Assembly (NCBI GenBank): GCA_965237415.1 | Contig: CBDEFM010000002.1 | Span: forward strand, 1,952,001-2,016,000 | DNA: 64,000 nt | From: Alphaproteobacteria bacterium | GTDB lineage: Bacteria > Pseudomonadota > Alphaproteobacteria > UBA828 | Direction: 5' to 3' | Shown: positions 29,938 through 40,942 of the stretch, piece after piece | How positions within the stretch are numbered: position 1 is the stretch's first letter | Layout of the letters: each line of letters starts with the position of its first letter | Notes under the pieces: model-generated | The model's input: the letters and a program-made list of their open reading frames with translations, nothing else | Database searches by the model: none | What the model was told of the DNA's origin: nothing | Position numbers and translations under genes: made by a program

Positions 29938-30771
29938 CGCTCGGCCCTCCGCCGCCTGAGCGGCCGGCGCGTCGGCGGAGACGGGCGCGAGCAGCGCCGC
30001 TGTCGCCGCCGCGACATCGGCCTGGCGCATCAGGGACTCGCCGACCAGGAACCGGCGCACGCCGAGCGCCGTCATGCGGGCGATATCGGCCGGGCCGTGG
30101 AGGCCGCTCTCGCAGACCATGGGCGGCCCGCCCGCCGCCAGCGGCGCGAGGCGCTCGGTGGTCGCGAGATCGACCTCGAGGGTCTTCAGGTTGCGGTTGT
30201 TGATGCCAAGCAAGGAGGCACCGAGAGCCAGCGCCCGCTCGAGCTCGTGCGCGTCATGGACCTCCACCAGCGTGTCCATTCCGAGCTCCCTTGCCGCGGC
30301 AGCGAGCTCGGCGGCCTCCCCGTCGCCAAGGGCGGCCATGATGAGCAGGATGCAGTCCGCGCCGAGCGCGCGTGCCTCGACGACCTGATAAGGATCGAGC
30401 ATGAAGTCCTTGCGCAGCACGGGGAGCGGGACGGCCTCGCGCGCCTCCAAGAGATAGCGGTCTTCGCCCTGGAAGTAAGGCTTGTCCGTCAGCACGGAGA
30501 GGCAGGCCGCGCCGCCGCGGGCGTAGGCGGCCGCGAGTGCCGGCGGGTCGAAATCGCTGCGGATCAGGCCCTTGCTGGGCGAGGCCTTCTTGAGCTCGGC
30601 AATGAGCGCCGGGCGGCCGCTGTCGGCGACCGCGCTGAGCGCTCGGGCGAAGCCGCGTGGCGCTTCCGCCGCGCGCGCCCTCTCCGCCAGCGCTGCCTGC
30701 GAGACTGCCCTCTTGCGGGCGGCGACGTGGAGCCGCTTGTCGTCGCAGATCTTGGAAAGGACGTCGCTCAT
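29938..30771 (-). CDS. trpC: Indole-3-glycerol phosphate synthase (no stop codon; reads into moaC)
   Basis: [47 protein letters not shown]. Confidence 0.95.
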
Positions 30772-31826
30772 TGGCCCGCTGCGCTCCCGGCCCGCGCGGG
30801 CGCGCTCCGGCCGCTGATCTCGACGAGCCGGTCGAGCGCGGCCTGGGCCTTGCCGCTGTCGACCGCCTCGGCCGCACGGCGAACGCCGTCCATGAGATCG
30901 CCGGCGCGCCCGGCGACGATGAGCGCCGCGGCGGCATTGAGCAGCACGATGTCCCGCGCCGGACCGGGCGCGCCATCGAGGACGGCGCGAACGATGGCGG
31001 CGTTCTCCCCGGCGTCGCCGCCCTTCAGATCCTCGGGCTGGGCCCGCGGCAGGCCAGCGTCCTCCGGCGTGACCTCGAAGCGGCGGATCGTGCCGCCGTC
31101 GAGTTCGACAACCGCAGACGGCCCCGTGGTAGTGAGCTCGTCGGTACCATCGCTGCCATGGACGACCCAGACGCGCTCGGACCCGAGATTGCGCAGGACC
31201 TCGGCCATGGGCATCGCCCACTTGGGGTCGAACACGCCGATCACCTGGCGGGTGGCGCCGGCCGGGTTGGCGAGCGGGCCCAGCAGGTTGAAGACGGTGC
31301 GCGTGCCGAGCTCGATCCGGGTCGGCCCCACGTGGCGCATGGCGCTGTGGTGCCGCGGCGCCATGAGGAAGCCGATCCCGGCCTCCCACAGGGCGTCGCG
31401 GACGAGCGCCATGTCCGCATCGATGGTGACGCCGAGGGCGGCGAGCAGGTCGGCCGAGCCCGAGCGCGAGGAGAGCGCCCGGTTGCCGTGCTTGGCGACG
31501 GGCACGCCGCAGCCAGCGGCCACGAGCGCGGCGGCGGTCGAGATGTTGAAGGTGCCCTTGGCGTCCCCGCCGGTGCCGCAGGTGTCGATGGTTCCCTCGG
31601 GCGCGTCGATTTTTAGCGCGCGGGCGCGCATCGCCTGCGCGCCGCCGGTGATTTCGTCGACGGTCTCGCCCCGCACGCGGAGCGCCATGAGAAAGCCGCC
31701 CATCTGCGATGGAGTCGCCTCACCCGCCATCATCGCGTCGAAGGCGGCCCGCGATTCGTCCACGGAGAGCGCCGCGCCGCTCGCGACACGCCCTATGAGC
31801 GCCTTGAAATCGGTCGATTCCGTCAT
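30768..31826 (-). CDS. trpD: Anthranilate phosphoribosyltransferase
   Basis: [36 protein letters not shown]. Confidence 0.96.
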   Translation of the reverse strand: MTESTDFKALIGRVASGAALSVDESRAAFDAMMAGEATPSQMGGFLMALRVRGETVDEITGGAQAMRARALKIDAPEGTIDTCGTGGDAKGTFNISTAAALVAAGCGVPVAKHGNRALSSRSGSADLLAALGVTIDADMALVRDALWEAGIGFLMAPRHHSAMRHVGPTRIELGTRTVFNLLGPLANPAGATRQVIGVFDPKWAMPMAEVLRNLGSERVWVVHGSDGTDELTTTGPSAVVELDGGTIRRFEVTPEDAGLPRAQPEDLKGGDAGENAAIVRAVLDGAPGPARDIVLLNAAAALIVAGRAGDLMDGVRRAAEAVDSGKAQAALDRLVEISGRSAPARAGSAAGQ

Positions 31827-32061
31827 GGGGGTCAGACGTCCGCTCGCTCGCTCGCGCGCCGGCTCCAGGCCGCGCTGCCCGGCCGGTGCGCCCCGTGTTA
31901 TAGCCGGTTCTCGACGAAACGCCATACGGGCGTAGGCCGGTCTGTCGCCGGAGTGCAGCCGCCAGAAGCGCGCCATTCGGTCTTGACCGAGCCGCCGCGA
32001 GGGCCGACATGTGTAGGGTGAACGGGGACTGCTGCATCCTGCTCTGGGCGCGCCCTCTGGG

Positions 32062-32712
32062 GTGGACGCGGTCGTGACGGCGGTCGACGCACGCGCGGTC
32101 TATAGACGAATCGCGCCCTATTACGACTTTCTCGATGGGTCTTTCGAGCGGAAGCGCTATGCGCCGATCCGCGGCACGCTGTTCGCCGGGCTCAGCGGGC
32201 GAATACTGGATGCCGGCATCGGGACGGGGTGCAACATCCCCTACTATCCCGCCGGCGCTGAGGTGGTCGGGATCGACCTTTCGCAGGCGATGCTGGCGCA
32301 AGCGCGTGCCCGGCGCGACGGGCTCGGCAGCGCCGTCCCGTTCGCGGCAATGGATGTACTGAGAACCGCCTTCCCCGATTCGAGCTTCGATGCCGTGGTT
32401 GCGAGCTTCGTCTTCTGCGTGCTCAGGCCCGACCAGCAGCAGGCGGCGCTCACCGAGCTCGGGCGGATTCTGAAGCCCGGCGGCGAAATTCGCCTGCTCG
32501 ACTACACGTGGTCCAAACGGCCGTGGCGGCGCTTCGTCATGGGCCTGTGGGCGCCCTGGGTGCGGTGGGCCTATGGCGCGGGCTTCGACCGCGAGCCCCA
32601 CCGCCATGTCGAGCCCGCCGGCCTCGCGCTCGCCGAAGACCGCTTCCTGATCGACGATGTCGTCCGGTATGTGGTCGCGCGCCGGCCGCCCGCGCCCGAG
32701 CCTCCGACCTAA
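32062..32712 (+). CDS. Class I SAM-dependent methyltransferase (PmtA/UbiE-like)
   Basis: [39 protein letters not shown]. Confidence 0.88.
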   Translation: MDAVVTAVDARAVYRRIAPYYDFLDGSFERKRYAPIRGTLFAGLSGRILDAGIGTGCNIPYYPAGAEVVGIDLSQAMLAQARARRDGLGSAVPFAAMDVLRTAFPDSSFDAVVASFVFCVLRPDQQQAALTELGRILKPGGEIRLLDYTWSKRPWRRFVMGLWAPWVRWAYGAGFDREPHRHVEPAGLALAEDRFLIDDVVRYVVARRPPAPEPPT

Positions 32713-34613
32713 TTCTGCTGGCTGAACAGGGCGGAGAGCGTGCCTTCGTTGACCGAGATTTCGTGCCGGCCGTAGAGCGCAACCCGGTAGGCTTCCGTGA
32801 GGTCGCCGCGCCACGCGCGTGCGAGCTGATCGCGTATCCGGTCGCGCTCCTCGCCCGTGGCGCCCCGGCCGGCATCGTTGACCCCGGTGAGCACCGCGAC
32901 TCCCCAGCCGCCCGCCGTCTGCGCGACGATCGGCTCGCGGTCGCCTTCGTCCGTCGCGAATAGCGCCTGGATCAGCGCGAAAGATGCATCCGGCCCGGCA
33001 CCCCGCCCATCGCGCCGCACATTGTCGAGCGTCGTCACGGCGAGGCCCGCATCGCGGGCGGCGGCAGCGAGGTCTTCGCCCACCCTTACCCGATCGGCCA
33101 GCGCGCTCGCCACGCGCTCGGCCGCCTCCCTCTCCGCCTCGCGCGTGAGCGCCGCACGCACCTCGCCCCGGACCTCCTCCAGGGGCCGCGGCGCGGATAC
33201 GGCCACCTCGTCCACCCGCAAGATGGCGAAGCTCCCGTCGTTGAGCTCGGTGAGGTTCGATTCCCGCCCCTCCCCCGTCTCGAACAGGAGCGAGACTATG
33301 TCGTCCCGCTCGCTCAAGTCGCTCAGGACGAGGGACCCACTGCGGTCGAGACCGTTTCGGGTGACGCCGTTGAGGATGATCGGCTCGACGCCCACGACCG
33401 CGGCACCTTGCTCCAGCGCGGCGCCGCCGCCGAGCTCGTCCTCAAGCACGGTGGAGAGGCGGAATAGGCCCGCTCCGGCCAAATCGAGCGCCATTTCGTC
33501 GTGCAGCTCCTGCTTCACTTCCTCGAATCTCTGGCGCCGCGCGGGCACCACCTTGTCGACCTTGAAGAGATGCCAGCCGAACGGGGTCTCGAGCGGGTCG
33601 CTGACCGAGCCCTCGGAGAGTCTGAAGACCGCCTCGCTCACGCCCCTCAGCGGGCCGTCGGCCCTGAATTCCGGGAGCGAGAGCACGCCCGCGCCGCGCC
33701 TCTCGAGGTCGTCTGCCACGACGTCGAATGGCTCGCCCTCCGCGAGCCTCTGCGCGCCCTCGCGGATCAGCGCCTCGTCCTGGGCATTGATCTGGACGAC
33801 CGCGCGTTGCTCGGGCAGATCGAACTCGTCGATCCGCGCTTCGTACTCGGCATAGACATCTTCGTCGCTCAGCTCGATCTCCGACACCATGGCCTCGGCG
33901 GTGAGCTGCACGACCACCGCGCTGCGCCGCTCGGGCGCCATGAACGACGCCGTGTTCGCCTCGTAATAGGCCGTGAGGGCGGCTTCGTCCGGTACGGCAA
34001 GGCCCCTCATGCCGCGGGCGGGGATCAGCGCGAGCCCAGCGCTGCGCTCCTCGGCGCGGAAGCGATGGAGGGCTTCGATCAGTGACTCGGGGACCTTGCG
34101 CTCGCCGCCGATGGCGTTCAGGAGCTGGCTGCGGAGCAGGTCGACGCGGATCAGATCCTCGTACTCGGTCCGGGTCATGTTGTTGCGCTCGAGAACGAGA
34201 TCGTAAAGCTCGGGATCGAACGCGCCCTGCTCGTTGCTGAAGGCCGGCGAGTCCTCGAGCTCCCGTCTCACGCTGTCGTCCGCCGCCCGCATCCCGAGTT
34301 TGCTGGTTTCGGCATCCAGCAGATATTCGCGGACGAGGAGGTTGAGCACCTGGCCTGTAAGGCCGGCCCGGTGGGCCTCGTCACGAGTCAGATCGGGGCG
34401 GCCGGAGCGTTCCCTCTCCCGCTGCAGGGCGCGCTGGAACTGGCGGTCGAACAGGACCGTCGGCACCTCGACGTCGCCCACCGTCGCCACCGCTGTGCGG
34501 CTCCCGCCGGTGAACACGTCGTTGATGCCGAAGGCTCCGAAGCTCAGCGCCAGGATGATGATGACGCCGCGGGCCGCCCACGACTTGGTGGCCTGGCGCA
34601 TGGATTGCAGCAT
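32709..34613 (-). CDS. ppiD: Periplasmic chaperone/PPIase (PpiD, SurA N-terminal domain)
   Basis: MLQSMR plus TM anchor, VATVG, rotamase motif VSDPLETPFGWHL; divergent from tpiA. Confidence 0.88.
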   Translation of the reverse strand: MLQSMRQATKSWAARGVIIILALSFGAFGINDVFTGGSRTAVATVGDVEVPTVLFDRQFQRALQRERERSGRPDLTRDEAHRAGLTGQVLNLLVREYLLDAETSKLGMRAADDSVRRELEDSPAFSNEQGAFDPELYDLVLERNNMTRTEYEDLIRVDLLRSQLLNAIGGERKVPESLIEALHRFRAEERSAGLALIPARGMRGLAVPDEAALTAYYEANTASFMAPERRSAVVVQLTAEAMVSEIELSDEDVYAEYEARIDEFDLPEQRAVVQINAQDEALIREGAQRLAEGEPFDVVADDLERRGAGVLSLPEFRADGPLRGVSEAVFRLSEGSVSDPLETPFGWHLFKVDKVVPARRQRFEEVKQELHDEMALDLAGAGLFRLSTVLEDELGGGAALEQGAAVVGVEPIILNGVTRNGLDRSGSLVLSDLSERDDIVSLLFETGEGRESNLTELNDGSFAILRVDEVAVSAPRPLEEVRGEVRAALTREAEREAAERVASALADRVRVGEDLAAAARDAGLAVTTLDNVRRDGRGAGPDASFALIQALFATDEGDREPIVAQTAGGWGVAVLTGVNDAGRGATGEERDRIRDQLARAWRGDLTEAYRVALYGRHEISVNEGTLSALFSQQN

Positions 34614-34882
34614 TGCGGGACCTGCTGAATGGTGGAGACGCGCCCAGGCCGCTCCGGGACGGGCGTTGCGGCGGATAATAGGAGCGGCCGTGTACGCCGG
34701 GCAACACGCAACCTGTCATTTGGTTTGTGACCACGTAGCCCGTCGCCGTTTGCCTGCCAACTCGGTGCGACTGGCCCACGGTCGCGGGCCGTGATAGAGC
34801 ATGGCGGCCCGCCCGTAGCGCGTACCCGCGCGTAAGGGCCGGGACATGACCGCCCACAACCCACACCTGCTCCCATGGCGCC

Positions 34883-35151
34883 TAACCCGCATTTCTCACC
34901 ACGGTCACGGCCTGCGTCGCGCCCAGGCGTTCGGTCCGCTAGGAGCGGGCCGAAAAGCGTATCGGTGCATACGGTTGAGGCCCGCGACGAAGCGGGCGGG
35001 CGCCTGGGCGCGACCCGAAGGGCGGCGCTGTCCGGCCGACAGTGTGCGTCACGCCGCTTGCCCGATGCACCACATCGCGCTGTGCGCCGTTCCTACCCTG
35101 TCGACCGGACAGCGCCGCGCAGACCATGACCGTGGTGAGAAATGCGGGCTA
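34883..35151. mobile_element. MITE-like palindromic element with TA ends, inserted in the 5' end of tpiA
   Basis: Left TIR TAACCCGCATTTCTCACCACGGTCA, right TIR TGACCGTGGTGAGAAATGCGGGCTA; internal inverted repeats; related left arm at 62363. Confidence 0.88.
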
Positions 35152-35924
35152 AGTTCCCTCCCCGCCGGCCGCTCCTGGTCGCAAACTGGAAGATGAACGG
35201 CTTGCATGGCGATGGGCTAGCCCGCGCTAGCGCGCTGGCGGACCACGCGGCTGCCGGCGATTGCGGAGGCGACATCGTCGTGTGTCCGCCGGTGACGCTT
35301 CTCTTCGCGCTCCGGGCCGTGTTCGCCGGCACGCAGATCGCGCTCGGCGGGCAGGACTGCCACGTCTCGGCGGAGGGCGCACACACCGGCGACGTGAGCG
35401 CTCTGATGCTCGCCGATGCCGGCTGCGCCTACGTCATCGTCGGCCATTCCGAACGCCGCGCGAGCCACGGTGAGAATAACGAATGGGTCGCGGGCAAGGC
35501 CGCCGCGGCCCATGCGGCGGGGCTCACCGCCATCGTCTGCGTCGGCGAAAGCGCGGCCGACCGGGATGCCGGGCGCGCACTCGCCGCGATCGGCCGCCAG
35601 ATCGAGGGATCGCTGCCAGCAACTGCCACGCCCGACAACACCGCGATCGCCTACGAGCCGGTCTGGGCCATCGGTAGCGGCCGCACACCGGGCCCGGCCG
35701 ATATCGAGGCAGCGCACGCGAAAGTGCGGGCCGGGTGGGACCAGAGATTTTCGGGAAGCGGCGCGGCGCTCCGCGTGCTATATGGCGGCTCCGTCACGGC
35801 GCGTAACGCAGGCGACATCCTGGCCGCGCCGGGGGTTGACGGCGTGCTGGTCGGCGGAGCCAGCCTCTCTGCGGACGCGTTCTGGCAGATTTGCCAAGCG
35901 TGCCGCCGAGCCCGTCCAGGCTAG
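35142..35924 (+). CDS. tpiA: Triosephosphate isomerase
   Basis: ANWKMNG, GAHTGD, IVGHSERR, AYEPVWAIG, YGGSV, LVGGASL. Confidence 0.96.
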   Translation: MRAKFPPRRPLLVANWKMNGLHGDGLARASALADHAAAGDCGGDIVVCPPVTLLFALRAVFAGTQIALGGQDCHVSAEGAHTGDVSALMLADAGCAYVIVGHSERRASHGENNEWVAGKAAAAHAAGLTAIVCVGESAADRDAGRALAAIGRQIEGSLPATATPDNTAIAYEPVWAIGSGRTPGPADIEAAHAKVRAGWDQRFSGSGAALRVLYGGSVTARNAGDILAAPGVDGVLVGGASLSADAFWQICQACRRARPG

Positions 35925-35939
35925 TGGCAAGGAGCGGCA

Positions 35940-36314
35940 GTGGAAACGATCCTGCTCGTGGTCCTGATCGTCATCGTCATCACGATGATCGGTCTCGTGC
36001 TGCTCCAGCGCAGCGAGGGCGGCGCGCTCGGTATCGGCGGCCCCGGTGCGATGTTCTCGGCGCGCGGCACGGCCAATCTGCTTACCCGCGCCACGGCGGG
36101 GCTGGCGGCGGCCTTCATGATCATGAGTCTGGTCCTCGCCATCCTTTCCGGCAGCTGGACCGATCGGGAGTCGGTGCTGGATACCGCAGAGGAGGATCCG
36201 CTGGCCATCGAGGCCGAGCCGCTCGTGCTGCCGGGCGAGCTCGACTTCCCCACCGATATCGAGCCGCTGGATCTCCCCGGCGACGACGGGCCTGCAGTCC
36301 CCCGCGCCGAGTGA
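35940..36314 (+). CDS. secG: Preprotein translocase subunit SecG
   Basis: VLLQRSEGGALG, RGTANLLTR; tpiA-secG-pyrG order. Confidence 0.93.
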   Translation: METILLVVLIVIVITMIGLVLLQRSEGGALGIGGPGAMFSARGTANLLTRATAGLAAAFMIMSLVLAILSGSWTDRESVLDTAEEDPLAIEAEPLVLPGELDFPTDIEPLDLPGDDGPAVPRAE

Positions 36315-36453
36315 GGCATCGCGCCGTTCCGACGGTGCCCTCGGTTAGAACGCCGCGGCTGCCAGCACGACACGTAGGGACCACCCGAATTTATGGGTTG
36401 CCCAAATAATTTACCGATGGGTGGTGGCGACTCGGGTGCGTTTGATAAGGTAG

Positions 36454-38088
<1,635 letters not shown>

Positions 38089-38106
38089 GGACACTGTGAG
38101 GCCGAT

Positions 38107-38946
38107 GTGAGCGAAACGCCCGCCCCAGGCCGGGTGACGATCGGCGCCTTCGAGGTGGGCAACGCGCTGCCGCTTGCGCTCATCGCCGGCCCCTGCGCGA
38201 TCGAAGGACGCGATCACGCGCTCAGGGTCTCGGAGACGCTCGTCGCGATGACGGCGGCTCGCGGTATGCCGTTCGTCTACAAGAGCTCCTTCGACAAGGC
38301 CAACCGCACCTCCGCCGGCAGCCCGCGCGGCATCGGCATGGACGAGGGACTCGCGATCCTGGAGGCGGTGCGCGATGCCCACGGCTGCCCGGTGCTGACC
38401 GACGTGCACCTGCCGGAGCAGTGCGCGGCGGTGGCACAGGCGGTGGACGTGCTTCAGATTCCGGCGTTCCTCTGCCGCCAGACCGACCTGCTGCTGGCGG
38501 CGGCAGCGACCGATAAGCCGATCAATGTGAAGAAGGGCCAGTTTCTCGCGCCGTGGGACATGCGCCACGTGGTCGCGAAGATCGTTGGCGCCGGCAACAG
38601 CCGGGTGCTGGTGTGCGAGCGCGGCGCGAGCTTCGGCTACAATACGCTGGTCTCGGACATGCGGAGCCTGCCGCAGCTGGCGGAGACCGGCTGCCCCGTG
38701 GTGTTCGATGCGACCCATTCGGTGCAGCAGCCGGGGGGACAGGGTGCGGCGAGCGGCGGGCAGCGGGAGTTCGTGCCCGTGCTGGCGCGGGCCGCGGTGG
38801 CGGTGGGCGTCGCCGCGGTCTTCATGGAGACCCATCCGGCGCCGGACGAGGCGCCTTCCGACGGCCCCAACATGGTGCCGCTGGATACGCTACCGGAACT
38901 TCTCGACCGCCTGCGCGCGTTCGACGCGCTGGCTAAAAAACCGTGA
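38107..38946 (+). CDS. kdsA: KDO 8-phosphate synthase
   Basis: [39 protein letters not shown]. Confidence 0.97.
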   Translation: MSETPAPGRVTIGAFEVGNALPLALIAGPCAIEGRDHALRVSETLVAMTAARGMPFVYKSSFDKANRTSAGSPRGIGMDEGLAILEAVRDAHGCPVLTDVHLPEQCAAVAQAVDVLQIPAFLCRQTDLLLAAAATDKPINVKKGQFLAPWDMRHVVAKIVGAGNSRVLVCERGASFGYNTLVSDMRSLPQLAETGCPVVFDATHSVQQPGGQGAASGGQREFVPVLARAAVAVGVAAVFMETHPAPDEAPSDGPNMVPLDTLPELLDRLRAFDALAKKP

Positions 38947-38957
38947 GGGAGAGAGCG

Positions 38958-39857
38958 ATGAGCGAGGGATGCGTGTTCATCGGCGGCGAGTACGTCTCGC
39001 CCGAGGACGCCAAGATGTCGATCTTCGATGCCGGCTTCGTCTGGGGAGACACCGTCTACGACGTGACCTCCACCTGGGCCGGCTGGTTCTTCATGCTCGA
39101 CGAGCATCTCGAGCGCTTCGCGCGCTCCTGCGCGGGCTTCCGGCTGGAGAATCCCTACAGTGCCGACGACATGCACCGAATTCTTGCCGAATGCGTGGCG
39201 CGGACGGGGCACGACAACTGCTACGTGAAGATCCAGCTCACCCGCGGCGTCATCAACAGCGAGACCCGCGACCCCCGCCTCGGCGCGCCCGAATTCGTGG
39301 CCTACGCCACGCCCTACGCCTGGATCTGGGGCGAGGAGAAGTGCCGCAACGGCGTCGCGCTCTATCTCAGCGGCGTCGAGCGTGTCTCGTCGAAGGCGAT
39401 CGACGCCCGCTACAAGAACTACAACCGGGCGGACTTTGTGCAGGCCCGCTTCGAGGCCTACGACCACGGCTGCGACGACGCGCTGCTGGTGGGCGGCGAC
39501 GGCTCGCTCACCGAAGGGCCGGGTTACAACATCTTCGTGATCCGCGACGGCGCGGTCGCGACGCCTGACGCCAACGTTCTGGAGGGCATCACGCGGCGCG
39601 CGGTGGCAGAGCTCTGCGACGAGGAAGGCATCCCCTTCTCATACCGCAGGGTGGAGCCGGCGGAGCTCGGTGCCGCAGACGAGCTCTTCGCAAGCACCAC
39701 GGCCGGCGGCGTCATGCCGGTGGTGCGGCTCGGCGACAAGCCCATCGGCAACGGCCACGCCGGCCTCGTCACCAGCCGCATCCAGTCCCGCTACTGGCGC
39801 AAGCGCGAGGAAGGCTGGCACGGCACGCGAGTGGACGACCTCCACGACGCAGCCTAG
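38958..39857 (+). CDS. PLP fold-type IV aminotransferase family protein
   Basis: SIFDAGF..GDTVYD, HLERF, catalytic K in YKNYN, EGPGYNIF, LEGITR, STTAGGVMPV. Confidence 0.9.
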   Translation: MSEGCVFIGGEYVSPEDAKMSIFDAGFVWGDTVYDVTSTWAGWFFMLDEHLERFARSCAGFRLENPYSADDMHRILAECVARTGHDNCYVKIQLTRGVINSETRDPRLGAPEFVAYATPYAWIWGEEKCRNGVALYLSGVERVSSKAIDARYKNYNRADFVQARFEAYDHGCDDALLVGGDGSLTEGPGYNIFVIRDGAVATPDANVLEGITRRAVAELCDEEGIPFSYRRVEPAELGAADELFASTTAGGVMPVVRLGDKPIGNGHAGLVTSRIQSRYWRKREEGWHGTRVDDLHDAA

Positions 39858-39960
39858 GCGAACCGGAGGCTCTTCCCTCCCGATTCGCCGGACCATGGTG
39901 CGCTGCCCGGCGCAGGGTGTCGGTGTCAGCATCGCACCGTGCGCTGTGAGAAAGAAGACA

Positions 39961-40168
39961 CCCCCACCTCACCCCGGCCCTCTCCGCCCCCAGGGGCGGA
40001 GAGGGAGAACGGGCAGCGCCGTCTGCGTCTCCCCTCCGCCCCACCGGGCCGTCAGGCCCGGACGGCGCGACTGCGCCGCGCGCGAATGCGCGTAAGCCAA
40101 GCGAGCGGAGCGAGCGCCCGGCGACTGAGGGATACGAACAAGTTGGGAGGGGGACAGGGGGAGGTGGG
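39961..40168. repeat. Composite palindromic intergenic repeat
   Basis: Perfect 13-bp hairpin CCCTCTCCGCCCC-CA-GGGGCGGAGAGGG; outer ends CCCACCTC/GAGGTGGG; internal unit of about 100 bp shared with 61382-61480. Confidence 0.7.
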
Positions 40169-40175
40169 TGCGGGC

Positions 40176-40725
40176 GGTACAGACCGGATAGATAGGTAAC
40201 AGAATGGACCGGATAGATGGGTGACAGGTTATGGCAGGGCCAGGAGGTGGCCGATGCCGTGGAAGGAGACCTGTCGCATGGAGGAGAAGTTGGTTTTTGT
40301 CGCAGACTGTCTGCGTGGCGAGTTGCCGATGACAGCGCTTTGCGAGGACTACGGCATCAGCCGCAAGACGGGCTACAAATGGCTCGGTCGCTATCGCGAG
40401 CACGGCCCGGAGGGCCTGGTGGAGCGCTCTCGTGCGCCGCACCGTCATGGTCGGTCGATGGCGCCGGAGATGGCCGAAGCGATTGTTGCTCTGCGCAGGC
40501 AGCGTCCCCATTGGGGTCCGCGCAAGCTGCGCGCAGTGCTGATGGGAGAGCGCCCCGAGGCGGTGTGGCCTGCGGCCAGCACGATGGGCGATCTGCTGCG
40601 TGCGGAAGGGCTGGTGAGCGACGGCGAACACTGTTACCCATGTAACCGGTCCATAGCGTTACCGAACACTGTTACCCATGTATGCTTCCGGTTGCACAGG
40701 CGGTACCCATGCTTCCGGTTGCACA
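40176..40725 (+). mobile_element. Internally deleted IS481-family element (HTH part of transposase, both ends retained)
   Basis: ATG 40254 MPWKETCRMEEK..LCEDYGISRKTGYKWLGRY..HWGPRKL..WPAASTMGDLL; DDE core missing; left end GTACAGACCGGATAGATAGGTAACAG is roughly inverse to right end TACCCATGCTTCCGGTTGCACA. Confidence 0.88.
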
Positions 40726-40767
40726 GTCGCCTGCGAGGCACACTGCTATCGCGCACACGACCTCATA

Positions 40768-40862
40768 TGCCGCGCGCGAGACGTTTCGGGCTCACGCGAC
40801 TCGGGCGTGCGCGACATCCCACTTATCCCACTTAATCCCACTTAATCCCGGCTAAGAAATGT
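40768..40862 (+). repeat. Gene-less miniature of the DUF3486 unit: 33-bp hairpin motif plus TCCCACTTA(A) tandem array
   Basis: 40768-40800 matches the reverse complement of 62209-62241 at 29/33; 40817-40852 matches the reverse complement of 61512-61547 at 35/36. Confidence 0.85.
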
Positions 40863-40942
40863 TCATCTGTCTCGATACACCGGGCAGCCACTGCGAATGG
40901 CGGACGGCGGAGCCGGAGTGCGACAGCGGCGGGAAGAGCGGG

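Noticed and set aside
28309-31935. 1208-aa plus-strand ORF
   Set aside because: Antisense shadow of moeA-moaC-trpC-trpD; no motifs; expected in high-GC DNA.
40817-40852. CRISPR array or telomere interpretation of the TCCCACTTAA repeats
   Set aside because: Contiguous 10-bp units with no spacers, no cas genes, and an internal position.
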